From Mobula hypostoma (taxonomy: Eukaryota): a stretch of DNA of 64,000 nucleotides. The notes below the pieces were generated by a model. The model worked only from the letters and a program-made list of their open reading frames with translations, was not told the origin of the DNA and did no database searches. The DNA is taken from contig NC_086101.1 in assembly GCF_963921235.1 (NCBI RefSeq), positions 4,466,001-4,530,000 of the forward strand, in the 5' to 3' direction. The translations under genes were made by a program, and so were the position numbers. Shown here in pieces: positions 50,300-62,430 of the stretch; position 1 is the stretch's first letter; each line of letters begins with the position of its first letter.

Positions 50300-50927
50300 A
50301 GATTAGATCAGATTCTGAGGACACGCAGTCCTCTTTTATTGTCATTTAGTAATGCATGTATTAAGAAATGATACAATATTCCTCCGGTGTGATATCACAG
50401 AAACACAGGACAGACCAAGACTGAAAAACTAACTGAAACCACATAGTTATAACATATAGTTACAACAGTGCAACAATACCATAACTTGATGAAGAACAGG
50501 CCATGACACAGTAAAAAAGTTCAAAATCTCTCGAAAGTCCCACATCTCACGCAGACGGGAGAAGGAAGAAAACTCTCCCTGCCATGCCGGACCACAGTCT
50601 GACTCTGAGTCATCCGAAAACTTCGAGCCTCCGATCAGCCCTCCGACACAGAGTACTGAGCACCATCTCTGCCGACGGCTTCGACCTCAGCCTCGGTCGC
50701 CAGCAGCAGGCAAAGCCGGGGATTTTGGGGCCTTCGGAGATTCTTGACCGCCCAGTAACAGTGGCAGCGAACCGGGCATTTCAGAAATTTCTCCAGATGT
50801 TCCTCTGTGCTTCTCACGTCTGTCTCCATCAAATCAGAATTGTCCACAGCCCCTATTTAACAGATACGATATCATTTCACTGGAGAGCTGCGCGCGCTGC
50901 GTCACGCCGCCATCTTCTCCTCCCGCC
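50300..50927 (-). mobile_element. Non-autonomous retroelement, copy 3, inserted into a V-SINE
   Basis: Highly similar to 25661-26288; minus-strand start GGGAGGAGAAGATGGCGGC. Confidence 0.78.
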
Positions 50928-51460
50928 TGTACGGGTTAGTGGGTTAATTGGTCAGATGGGTGTAATTGGGTGGTGCAGGCCTGTCACTGTGCTGTATCTC
51001 AGTATAAATAACGTAATCCTAAAATTTCACATTCTCAAAACCCTTCAGTACAGAACAGTTTAGCGTACCACTGTGACAGTGCCAGTGACCCATGTTCCAA
51101 TCCTGCTGCTGTCTGTAAGGAGTTTGGTACACTCTCCCCGAGTCTGCGTGGGTTTCCTCCGGGTGCTCCAGTTTCCTCCCACAGTCCGAAGAAGTACCGG
51201 TTAGGGTTACCAAGTTGTGGGCATGCTGCCTCCAACACGTCCTTACCGATCTGATTTGGTGCATTTCACTGTACGTTGGGATGTTCTGATGTACGTGCGA
51301 GAGAGAAAAAAAATTGATCTTAAATCTTTACCCCACGGAAATGAAACCGAGTTGCCAGTAAGTTCTGAACCCCTTTCTGCAGCGTCTCAGGTAGTGCAGG
51401 GAGCTGGTAGCCGGACTTGTGGAGTGTGTCTCACGCTGTGTTGTTCCTGTTTCCGCCCAG

Positions 51461-51577
51461 GTGTGTGTGTCGCAGTGCCCCAGCAGGTTCTGGACTGCAG
51501 TGCCAGGAACGAAGGTGCCAGACATCTTCCAGCAGGAGTACTGCAACCCCAGTCTTGACCTGTCCACGACCAGACTG
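51461..51577 (+). CDS. slc44a4: CTL4 exon 6
   Basis: VCVSQCPSRFWTAVPGTKVPDIFQQEYCNPSLDLSTTRL; CAG/GTGAGT boundaries, phase 0-0. Confidence 0.95.
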
Positions 51578-51737
51578 GTGAGTGTATCTGCAGCTACGAG
51601 GACCGCACCATGCTCCATTTCTGATGCTGGATCTCGAGCGGTGGAGGCTGACAGGAGATCTGATAAGGGGGTTCTATGATTAGATCGAGTAGACAGACAA
51701 CATCTTTTTCCCAGGGTTGAAATATCCAATACCAGAG

Positions 51738-52038
51738 AGGCATCCGTTAATCTCATGAGACCATGGATTTGCGCCTTGGAAGGTTTCCAGGGCGCAGGCC
51801 TGGGCAAGGTTGTATGGAAGACTGGCAGTTGCCCACGCTGGTTGCCCTCTCCACGTCACTGATGTTGTCCAAGGGAAGGGCATTAGAGCCCATACAGCTT
51901 GGCACCAGTGTCATCGCAGAGCAATGTGTGGATTAGTGCCTTGCTCAAGGACACAACACGCTGCCTCAGCCAAGGCTCGAACTAGCGACCTTCAGATCGC
52001 TAGACAAACGCCTTAACCACTTGGCCACGCGCCAACAC
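51738..52038 (-). mobile_element. tRNA-derived SINE inserted in a CR1 fragment
   Basis: Minus strand: box A TGGCCAAGTGG, box B GTTCGAGCC, then a GTGTCCTTGAGCAAGGCACT core-type motif. Confidence 0.8.
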
Positions 52039-52364
52039 TAGGCATGAAATGGCGTTTAAGGTGAAAGGATAATGTGAGGGTTAAGTTTTTTTTTTACACA
52101 GAGAGTGGTGGGCGCCTGGAGCAGTGGTAGAGGCAGACACATTAGAGACTTTGCAGAGTTTAGATAAGCACTTGAATGTGAGGAGAATGGAAGGATATGG
52201 ACATTGTGTAGGCAGAAGGGATTAGTTTAGTTGGTCATTTGATGACTAATTTAATTGGTTTGGCACAGCATTGTGGTCCGAAGGGGCTGTTCCTGTGCTG
52301 TTCCACGCTGACGAAGGGACGGATGTAGGTTTGTTATTGCCTCTTGGACCGAGTTACAGAGAGC

Positions 52365-52935
52365 GACACTCAGCAAGTCAGGCAGCATCCTCAGAGAGGA
52401 ATAAACAGTCGACATTTCGGGCCAGAACTGGGAAGGAAGCGGCAGAAGGCCAGAATCAGAGGGTGGGTGAGGGGGGGGGGAGGAATACCAGCTGGCAGAT
52501 GACAGGTGAGGCCAGGTGACAGGTGAGACCAGGTGACAGGTGAGATCAGGTGAGGGGGAGTGTGAGTAGGAAGGGGAGGGGTGGAATGAAGAAAGATGAT
52601 TGATGGAAGAGGTAAAGGGCTGGAGAAGATAGGAAAGAGTGGACTCGAGGAGAAAGGGAAGGAGGCAAGGAGCCAGAGGGAGGGGATGAGCAAGTGAGGG
52701 GATGTGAAGGGGTGTGAGGGAAACCAGAAGGGAGAATGGCAAGAAGGAGAGGAGGGATAAATTACTGGACGTAGGAGAAAGCAGTGTTCATGTTATTGGG
52801 TTGGAGGCCACCCTGATGTCAGTATATAGCCTCCAAAGGTGTTTCCCCTCCCACCGGAGCCTGGCCTTGTCGTGATAGCGGAGTAGGCCGTGCACCAGCA
52901 GGTCGGAATGAGGGAAGTCTGATTGAAATGGGTTA
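52365..52935 (-). mobile_element. Penelope-like 3' fragment
   Basis: Reverse complement of the architecture at 47940-48600 (LQPNNMN, pyrimidine tract, GGCCCGAAATGTCGACTG). Confidence 0.7.
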
Positions 52936-53707
52936 AGCTTCGAGGTCACAGAACGACAGAGAATGCAGAGTGTGGTGTTACGGCCACAGGGCAGTCAAAG
53001 TGCAAAGGTCACAATGAGGTAGATCACACAGGGGCAGCACAACCCGTGGCGTTGGGGGCTGTTGAGGGCCATCACTGGGTCAGAGAGTCCTACACCACAA
53101 AAATAGGCCTTTTGGTCTGTAGTGAACTGTCAGTCTGCCTCGTCCCACCGACCAGCACCTGGACCATCGCCCTCCATACCCCGACCATCCATGTAGTTAT
53201 CCAGACTTTCCTACAATGTCCAAACCAGACCTGCATCCACTGGCAGCTTGTTCCACACTCTCACCACCCTCTGTCCCCTCACCTTCACCTTTCACCCTTA
53301 ACCCATGACCTCCAGTTCGAGTCTCACCCAACCTCAGTGGAAAAAGCTTGCTTGTATTTACCGCATCAAGAACCCTCGTGATTTTGTATACCACTATCAA
53401 TTTCCTACGCTCAAAGGAATAAACTCCAAGCCTATTTACCTCCCCCTATAACTCAGGTCCTCAAGTCCCAGCAACATCCCTGTAAGTTTCCCTGTACTCT
53501 TTCAATCTTATTGATAACTTTCTGTAGGTTCACCTTCTCCTGAAGGGCTTTGGTACAGTCCCTCAGTGTGTGAAGGGCTGAATGGTGTTGTCAGTGCTGA
53601 TGGAGTTGGTTGGTCACTGATAATTGAAGTCACCACCACACCCCCCAATCTACCAGCACCAGCAGAACCTCTGTGAAGCCAGGCAGAGCAAGATCACAAA
53701 TTGATAA

Positions 53708-56700
53708 AAACATAGAAAACCTACAGCACAATACAGGCCCACAAAGTTGTGCCGAACATGTCCCTGCCTTAGAAATTACTCGGGTTACCCAAAGCCCTCT
53801 ATTTTTCTAAGCTCCATGTACCTATCCAAAAGTCTCTTAAAAGACCCTATTGTATCCGCCTCCAACACTGTTGCTGGCAGCCCATTCCACGTACTCAGCA
53901 TTCCCTGAGTAAAAAACTTACCCCTGACATCTCCGCTGTACCTGCTTCCAAGCACCTTAAAACTATGCCCTTTCGTGTTAGCCATTTCAGCCCCGGGAAA
54001 AAGCCTCTGACTATCCACACGATCAATGCCTCTCATCATCTTATACACCTCTGTCAGGTCACCTCTCCTCCTCCGTCGCTCCAAGGAGAAAAGGGCAAGT
54101 TCGCTCAACCTATTCTCATAAGGCATGCTCCCCAATCCAGGCAGCATCCTTGTAAATCTCCTCTGCACCCTTTCTATGGTTTCCACACCCTTCCTATCGT
54201 GAAGTGACCAGAACTGAGCACAGTACTCCAAGTGGCATCTGACCAGGGTCCTATATAGCTAACATTACCTCTTGGCTCTTAAACTCAATCCCACGATTGA
54301 TGAAGTCCAATACACCGTATGCCTTCTTAACCACAGAGTCAACCTGCACAGCAGCTTTGAGTGTCCTATGGACTCGGACCCCAGATCCCTCTGATCCTCC
54401 ACACTGCTAAGAGTCTTACCATTAATACTATATTCTGCCATCATATTTGACCTACCAAAATGAACCACTTCACACTTATCTGGGTTGAACTCCATCTGCC
54501 ACTTCTCAGCCCAGTTTTGCATCCTATCAATGTCCTGTTGTAACCTCTGACAGCCCTCCACAATATCCACAGCACCCCCAACCTTTGTGTCATCAGCAAA
54601 TTTACTAACCCATCCCTCCACTTCCTCATCCAGGTGATTTATAAAAATCACGAAGAGTAGGGGTCCCAGAACAGATCCCTGAGGCACACCACTGGTCACT
54701 GACCTCCATGCAGAATATGACCCATCTACAGCCACTCTTTGCCTTCTGTGGGCAAGCCAGTTCTGGATCCACAAAGCAATGTCCCCTTGGATCCCATGCC
54801 TCCTTACTTTCTCAATAAGCCTGACATGGGGTACCTTGTCAAATGCCTTGCTGAAATCCATATACACTACATCTACGCCTCTACCTTCATCATTGTGTTT
54901 AGTCACATCCTCAAAAAATTCAATCAAAGCCCTTGACAAAGCCATGCTGACTATTCCTAATCATTTTATACCTCTCCAAATGTTCATAAATCCTGCCTCT
55001 CAGGATCTTCTCCATCAATTTACCAACCACTGAAGTAAGACTCACTAGTCTATAATTTTCTGGGCTATCTCTACTCCCTTTCTTGTATACAGGAACAACA
55101 TCCGCAACCCTCCAATCCTCCGGAACCTCTCCCGTCCTCATTGATGATTCAAAGATCATCGCCAGAGGCTCAGCAATCTCCTCTCTCGCCTCCCACAGTA
55201 GCCTGGGGTACATCTCATCCGGTCCCGGTGACTTATCTAACTTGATGCTTTCCAAAAGCTCCAGCACATCCTCTTTCTTAATTTCTACATGCTCAAGCTT
55301 TTCAGTCCACTGTAAGTCATCCCTAAAATTGCCAAGATCCTTCTCCATAGTGAATACTGAAGTAAAGTATTCATTAAGTACCTCTGCTATTTCCTTCGGT
55401 TCCATACACACTTTCCCACTGTCACACTTGATCGGTCCTATTATTTCAGGTCTTATCCTCTTGCTCTTCACATACCTGTAGAATGCCTTGGGGTTTTCCT
55501 TAATCCTGCCCGCCAAGGCCTTCTCATGGCCCCTTCTGGCTCTCGTAATTTCCTTCTTAAGCTCCTTCCTGTTAGTTTTATAATCTTCTAGATCTCTACC
55601 ATTACCTAGCTCTCTGAACCTTTTGTAAGCTTTTCTTTTTTCCTTGACTAGATTTATTACAGCCTTTGTCCACATCGGTTCCTGTACCCTACCATAACTT
55701 CCCTGTCTCATTGGAATGTACCTATGCAAAACTCCACACAAATATCCCCTGAACATTTGCCACATTTCTTCTGTACTTTTTCCTGAGAACATCTGTTCCC
55801 AATTTATGCTTCCAAGTTCCTGCCTGATAGCCTCATAATTCCCCTTACTCCAATTAAACACTTTTCTAACTGGTCTGTTCCTATCTCTCTCCAGTGCTAT
55901 TGTAAAGGAGATAGAATTATGGTCACTATCTCCAAAATGCTCTCCCACTGAGAGATCTGACACCTGACCAAGTTCATTTCCCAATACCAAATCAAGTACA
56001 GTCTCTCCTCTTGTAGGCTTATCTACACATTGTGTCAAGAAACCTTCCTGAACACACCTAACAAACTCCAACCCATCTAAACCACTTGGTCTAGGGAGAT
56101 GCCAATCAATATTTGGGAGATTAAAACCTCCCTCCACAACAACCTTTCCAGGATCTGTTTTCCTATCCGCTCCTCGATATCCCTGTTACTACTGGGCGGC
56201 CCATAAAAAAACACCCAGTAAAGTTATTGATCCCTTCCTGTTCCTAACCTCCACCCACAGAGACTCCGTAGACAATCCCTCCATGGCGTCCACCTTTTCT
56301 GCCCCTGTGACACTATCTCTGATCAGCAGTGCCACGCCCCCACCTCTTTTGCCTCCCTCCCTGTCCTTTCTGAAACATCTAAAACCCAGCACTTGAAGTA
56401 ACCAAACCTGTCCCTGAGCCATCCAAGTCTCTGTAATGGCCACCACATCATATCTCCAAGTACTGATCCATGCTCTAAGCTCATCTGCTTTGTTCATAAT
56501 ACTCCTTGCGTTGAAATAGACACATCTCAAACTGTCCATCTGGGCGCGTCCCTTCTCTATCACCTGCCTATCCTCCCTCACACACAGTCTCCAAGCTTTC
56601 TCTATTTGTGAGCCAACCACCTCTTCCCCAGTCTCACACATCAAAGTTGCTGGTGAACGCAGCAGGCCAGGCAGCAACTCTAGGAACAGGTGCAGTCGAC

Positions 56701-57170
56701 GTTTTGGGCCGAGACCCTTCGTCAGGACTAACTGAAGGAAGCTTCCCCAGTCTCTTCTGTTTGGTTCCCATCCCCCAACAATTCTAGTTTAAACTCTTGC
56801 TAGTAGCCTTATCAATCCTCCCTGCCAGGATATTGGTCCCCCTGGGATTCAAGTGCAACCCGTCCTTTTTGTACAGGTCACACCTGCCCCAAAAGAGGTC
56901 CCAATGATCCAGAAATCTGAATCCCTGCCTCCTGCTCCAATCCCTCAGCCACGCATTTATCCTCCACCTCATTCAATTCCTATACTCACTGTCGCGTGGC
57001 ACAGGCAGTAATCCCGAGATTACTACCTTTGCGGTCCTGCTTCTCAACTTCCTTCCAAACTCCCTGAAGTCTGTTTTCAGGACCTCCTCCCCTTTCCTAC
57101 CTATGTCATTGGTCTCAATGTGTACCACAACCTCTGGCTGTTCTCCCTCCCACTGCAGGATATCGTGGAC
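53708..57170 (-). mobile_element. Long CR1 LINE: ORF1 esterase C-terminus, APE endonuclease and RT, frameshifted
   Basis: [69 protein letters not shown]. Confidence 0.95.
56636..56741 (-). mobile_element. 106-bp Penelope terminal-repeat insert carrying a minimal hammerhead motif
   Basis: Perfect 13-bp TSD CTTCCCCAGTCTC (56623-35, 56742-54); minus strand AGTC-CTGACGA-AGGGTCTCGGCCC-AAAA-CGTC-GACT. Confidence 0.88.
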
Positions 57171-57429
57171 GCGATTTCAAATTCAATTTATGGAGAATTG
57201 AAAATGTACTCCCAGGGCACTGCTGGCCCAATGCACAGGGCGATTCCAGCCCCTGGGGGTGTGCAGTGCGACCCCTGCCTCACAGGTCAGTCAAAAGTCT
57301 CAGGAGCAGAATTAGACCATTTGGCCTATTGGTCAGCATCATGGCTGATTTATTCGGCCCGTTGATCAGCATCATGGCTGATTTATTCTCCATATCATTG
57401 TCTTCCATGGGATAAGTCCACATCTCCAT

Positions 57430-58340
57430 TGACCACAAGACAAAGGAGCAGAATTAGGCCATTCAGCCCATTGTGGCTATTTCACCATTCAATCATGGCT
57501 GATATGTTGGCCCACTCAACCCCACTCTGCTGCCTTGTCTTCACACCCTTTCCAATCAAGAATCCATCAACCTCTCAGGCCAGGCAGCATCTCTAGGAAG
57601 AGGTACAGTTGACGTTTCAGGCCAAGACCCTTCATCAGGGCTAACTGAAAGAAGAGCGAGTAAGAGATTTGAGAGGGGGAGGGGGAGATCCGAAATGATA
57701 GAAGACAGGGGTGGGGGGTCTTCTCCCTCCCCCTCCCACTTTCAAATCTCTCACTAGCTCTTCTTTCAGTTAGCGCTGATGAAGGGTCTCGGCCCGAAAT
57801 GTCGACTGTACCTCTTCCTAGAGATGCTGCCTGGCCTGCTGCATTCACCAGCAACTGCTTGAATTTCCAGCATCTGCAGATTTCCTCATGTTTGCATCTA
57901 TCAACCTCTGCTTTAAATATACCCAGTCACTTGGCGTCCACAGTTTGTCTGTGGCAATAAGTTGCACAGGTTCACCATCCTCTGGCTAAAGAGAATCCGC
58001 CCTCTATTCTGAGGATGTGTCCGCTGGTCCTGGACTCCCCCACCACAGGAAACATCCTCTCCACTTCCATTCTATCTAGGCCTTTCAATACTCGATAGGT
58101 TTCAATGAGATCACTCCCCACCACCCCCCACAGTCTTCTAAACTCCAGCAAGTACAGGCCCAGAGCCATCAAACACTCCTCAATCATTAACCCTTTCATT
58201 CTCAGGACCCCCTCCAATGCCGGCCCATCCTTTCTTAGATAAGGGGCCCAAAACTGCTCACAACGCTCCAATTCTTGTTTGTCTGTTCTAGTCCTCTCAA
58301 AATGAATGCGAACATTGCATTTGCCTTCCTCACTGTCAAA
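57430..58340 (-). mobile_element. Decayed CR1 3' fragment (host of the 57576-57895 insert)
   Basis: CEQFWAPYLRKD..RMFPVVGESRTSGHILR motifs. Confidence 0.8.
57576..57895. mobile_element. Fold-back Penelope terminal-repeat insert with a hammerhead core on each strand
   Basis: TSD ATC(C/T)ATCAACCTCT (57562-75, 57896-909); CTGATGA..GAAA.GTC at 57776-57803 (+) and ~57611-57638 (-). Confidence 0.85.
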
Positions 58341-58474
58341 ACAACGTGGAAGGGGCGGTCTGCCCGTCTGCGCCCCCACACCCCTACAAGCCTGATGCTC
58401 CCCACTCTGTTGGCGGCCTCCTCCCTCTGGACTCGTGCTGTGCAGTGTCTAACTTTGCAGTGGTTTTGTTTCAG

Positions 58475-58535
58475 ACATACCAGGAGATTGTGGCCAAGGA
58501 GCTGTGTCCGGTGTACACCATCCCAAGTATCCCCT
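58475..58535 (+). CDS. slc44a4: CTL4 exon 7
   Basis: TYQEIVAKELCPVYTIPSIP; TTTCAG/GTAAGT boundaries; aligns with human ..QQELCPSFLLPS. Confidence 0.93.
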
Positions 58536-58894
58536 GTAAGTATCGGACACCTCTGCCCGGCAGTTGGTCTGGGGGAGAGAGAAGGCGTGGGTGGGTGACA
58601 GGGGAGTTCCAGTTGGAGTTGTCGATTGATTATATAACCAAATAAAACAATGTTCCTCTGGACCATGGTGCACCCACATAGAACATAAAACAAAATATTA
58701 CCACAAATACATGAATAAAATCTAATTCAAAATGCATGTTGTGCACAGCACAGCTAAGCAGTAGCCAGCTCGCTGTCCCAGTGACGAGAGTTCGTGGTGA
58801 CAGGGTATTCATTAGCCTCACAGCCTGGGGAGGAAGCTGTCACCCAGTCTGGCAGTCCTAGTCCTGATGTTCCTGTACCTCCTTCCTGACGGTA

Positions 58895-60130
58895 GTGGGT
58901 CAGAGAGATTGTGGGACAGGCGGTGGGTCACAGAGACTGTGTGACGGGTGGTGAGTCAGAGAGATTGTGGAATGGGTGGTGGGTCAGAGAGATTGCGGGG
59001 TGGGTGGTGGGTCAGAGAGACTGTGGGGACGGGTGGTGGGTCACAGAGAGACTGTGATGGCTGGTAGGTCAGAGAGATTGTGGAGTGGGTGGTGGGTCAC
59101 AGAGATTGTGGGACGGGTGGTGGGTCAGAGAGATTGTGGAATGGGTGGTGGGTCAGAGAGATTGTGGGATGGGTGGTGGGTCACAGAGATTGTGGGGTGG
59201 GTGGTGGGTCACAGAGATTGTGGGACGGGTGGTGGGTCAGAGAGATTGTGGAATGGGTGGTAGGTCAGAGAGATTGCGGGGTGGGTGGTGGGTCAGAGAG
59301 ATTGTGGGACGGGCGGTGGGTCAGAGAAATTGTGGGGTGGGTGGTGGGTCAGAGAGACTGTGTGACGGGTGGTGGGTCAGAGAGATTGTGGGATGGGTGG
59401 TGGGTCACAGAGATTGTGGGACGGGCGGTGGGTCACAGAGACTGTGTGATGGGCGGTGGGTCAGAGAGATTGTGTGACGGGCGGTGGGTCAGAGAGATTG
59501 TGGGGTGGGTGGTGGGTCAGAGAGACTGTGGGACGGGTGGTGGGTCACAGAGACTGTGTGACGGGTGGTGGGTCAGAGAGATTGTGGGGTGGGTGGTGGG
59601 TCACAGAGATTGTGGGATGGGTGGTGGGTCACAGAGATTGTGTGACGGGCGGTGGGTCACAGAGATTGTGTGACGGGCGGTGGGTCAGAGAGATCGTGGG
59701 ACGGGTGGTGGGTCAGAGAGATCGTGTGACGGGTGGTGGGTCAGAGAGACTGTGGGACGGGTGGTGGGTCACAGAGACTGTGTGACAGGTGGTGGGTCAG
59801 AGAGATTGTGGGGTGGGTGGTGGGTCAGAGAGATTGTGGGACGGGTGGTGGTTCATAGAGACTATGTGACGGGTGGTGGGTCAGAGAGATTGTGGGACGG
59901 GTGGTGGGTCAGAGAGACTGTGGGACGGGTGGTGGGTCATAGAGACTATGTGACGGGTGGTGGGTCAGAGAGATTGTGGGACGGGTGGTGGGTCAGAGAG
60001 ATTGTGTGATGGGTGGTGGATCACAGAGACTGTGTGACGGGTGGTGGGTCACAGAGACTGTGTGACGGGTGGTGGGTCAGAGAGATTGTGGGGTGGGTGG
60101 TGGGTCAGAGAGATTGTGGGGTGGGTGGTG
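58895..60130. repeat. 28-bp G-rich minisatellite (GGGTGGTGGGTCAGAGAGATTGTGGGAC)
   Basis: Period 28 (58981 to 59009). Confidence 0.97.
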
Positions 60131-60307
60131 AGGTTCCTCAACAATGCTTCGAGCCTTTCGTCTACAATACTCTGGGGGTGGGGGGTGGTGAGATGGTATC
60201 CCAAACCCAGAGCCACTGATCCCTGTATCCCTGTCAACGTTCTGGGATCACATTGTACAGACGAGTAATCACGCTGTGCCCAGCAACTCACTCTTCCTCT
60301 CTCACAG

Positions 60308-60419
60308 TCCTGGGCAGATGTGTGCCGAATGTGGATGGGACGGTTTTCCCGGGTAACTTCACCATCGGAGACATGGAACCTGGGAATGCCACGGCAGACG
60401 CAGTGAAGCAGGCAACAGA
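60308..60419 (+). CDS. slc44a4: CTL4 exon 8
   Basis: (F)LGRCVPNVDGTVFPGNFTIGDMEPGNATADAVKQAT(E); CACAG/GTGAGT boundaries; conserved LGRC.P. Confidence 0.93.
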
Positions 60420-60549
60420 GTGAGTCCGCATGCCCTCCGTTCCCATCCCCTCGTCAGGCTCCCACAAGCACGCCTCAGTGCTCTCTGCCTCTGGCCTGGC
60501 TGGCCAAGTACATTTTCCTTGAACAGCTCAGCTCTTTCTCCAGCTCCAG

Positions 60550-61145
60550 CCCCTGCACTTCTCCCTGTCTCCGTGACCCCTTCCGGCCCCTACTCCATTG
60601 CCCGTCTGGCCCCTGAACCCCTCTCTGTCTCCGTGACCCTCTCTGACCCCTGCACCCCACCCCGTCTCTGTGACCCCTTCCAGCCCCTACTCCATTGCCC
60701 GTCTGGCCCCTGAACCCCTCTCTGTCTCCGTGACCCTCTCTGACCCCTGCACCCCACCCCGTCTCTGTGACCCCTTCCAGCCCCTACTCCATTGCCCGTC
60801 TGGCCCCTGAACCCCTCTCTGTCTCTGTGACCCCCTCTGACCTCTACACCCCTCTGTGTCTCCGTGACCCTCTCTGACCCCTGCACCCCACCCCGTCTCT
60901 GTGACCCTCTCTGACCCCTACACCCCTCCGTGTCTCCTTGACCCTCCCTGACCCCTGCACCCCATCCTGTCTCTGTGACCCTCTCTGACCCCTCCACCCC
61001 TCCGTGTCTCCTTGACCTTCCCTGACCCCTGCACCCCACCCCGTCTCTGTGACCCTCTCTGACCCCTGCACCCCTCTCTGTCTCTGTGACCCTCTTTGAC
61101 CCCTGCACCCCTGCGTGTCTCCGTGACCGTCTCTGACCCCGGCCT
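60550..61145. repeat. ~38-bp C-rich minisatellite (GTCTCTGTGACCCTCTCTGACCCCTGCACCCCACCCC)
   Basis: Tandem units, with a longer higher-order unit in the first half. Confidence 0.93.
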
Positions 61146-61264
61146 CTGTGCTCCCCCCCCCCGAGCCCCCTCGCGATCTCCTGCCCGTGTCGGGGGACGC
61201 TGGCCGGTGACTGTGCCACGGACCCCTTTGCCTCATTTGCTCTTCTACTGACTCCCTGTTGCAG

Positions 61265-61348
61265 GAACCTGGTTCAGGGATTCAACATCAAGCAGGTTGG
61301 GATGCGGATTTTCGAGGATTTTACCAAGTCCTGGTACTGGATTCTGAT
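61265..61348 (+). CDS. slc44a4: CTL4 exon 9 (gene continues beyond the window)
   Basis: (E)NLVQGFNIKQVGMRIFEDFTKSWYWIL; TTGCAG/GTGAGT boundaries; matches SLC44 KIFEDFxxSWYWIL. Confidence 0.96.
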
Positions 61349-61866
61349 GTGAGTTCCCAGTCTGACTCCGAGCTCGGCAAGGGGTGGATCAGCGGTGGGG
61401 GTGGGGGTGTGACGGACCCCAGTTCTCCGGGACAGGGCGACCCCCCCCCCCACCCACCACCATAATCCTGCTGTGTCCTCCCACCACAGAAGAGACAAAC
61501 ACGGGGAAGGAATCAGATTTCCCCAGCTCCGGGAGAATGTCCTGGTTCGTGAGTGCAGCCTGACTCACAGGATTTCACAAACAAACAAACAAGAAGCGAA
61601 TGATTAATTGAAGAAACAGCACACAGCAGGTCTTACCGGCCCAGCGAGCCGCACCACCCAGCGGCTCGCCTATTTCATCCGACCCTCAGCACAGGACCAG
61701 TTAACCTGCTAACGTCTGCGGACTGTGGCAGGCAACACAACAAATATAAATACATAAACTAGATTGTATACACAGATTGATTGTCTGTGCATAAAGTGAC
61801 GGTGGGCAGGCACAGGAGTGTCTGTACATGAGGTGACTGACAGGAAACGATTCTGTGGTGGTGGTT

Positions 61867-62430
61867 ATAGTCATAGTCATACTTTATCGATCCCGGGAGA
61901 AATTGGTTTTCGTTACAGTTGCACCCATAAATAATTAAATATTAATAGAACCATAAATAGTTAAATAATAATATGTAAATTATGCCAGTAAATTATGAAA
62001 TAAGTCCAGGACCAGCCTATTGGCTCAGGGTGTCTGACCCTCCAAGGGAGGAGTTGTAAAGTTTGATGGCCACAGGCAGGAATGACTTCCTATGACGCTC
62101 TGTGTTGCATCTCGGTGGAATGAGTCTCTGGCTGAATGTACTCCTGTGCCCAACCAGTACATTATGTAGTGGATGGGAGACACTGACCAAGATGGCATGC
62201 AACTTAGACAGCATCCTCTTTTCAGACACCACCGTGAGAGAGTCCAGTTCCATCCCCACAACATCACTGGCCTTACGAATGAGTTTGTTGATTCTGTTGG
62301 TGTCTGCTACCCTCAGCCTGCTGCCCCAACACACAACAGCAAACATGATCGCACTGGCCACCACAGACTCGTAGAACATCCTCAGCATCATCCGGCAGAT
62401 GTTAAAGGACCTCGGTCTCCTCAGGAAATG
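61867..62430 (-). mobile_element. Young Rex1-like LINE 3' fragment
   Basis: FLRRPRSFNICRMMLRMFYESVVASAIMFAVVCWG..KSFLPVAIKLYN, open to the stop; (GACTAT)n tail. Confidence 0.88.

Noticed and set aside
51960..52038. tRNA gene
   Set aside because: A/B boxes are present, but it continues into a SINE body with no clean acceptor stem or terminator.
54265..56677. Intact active CR1 ORF2
   Set aside because: Frameshifts, a small deletion near 54930 and a Penelope insertion break the reading frame.
44988..61348. Assignment as slc44a2 or slc44a5
   Set aside because: The exon 4 sequence WLYGDPR..YPRNSTG.YCG fits SLC44A4 better; a phylogeny would confirm.
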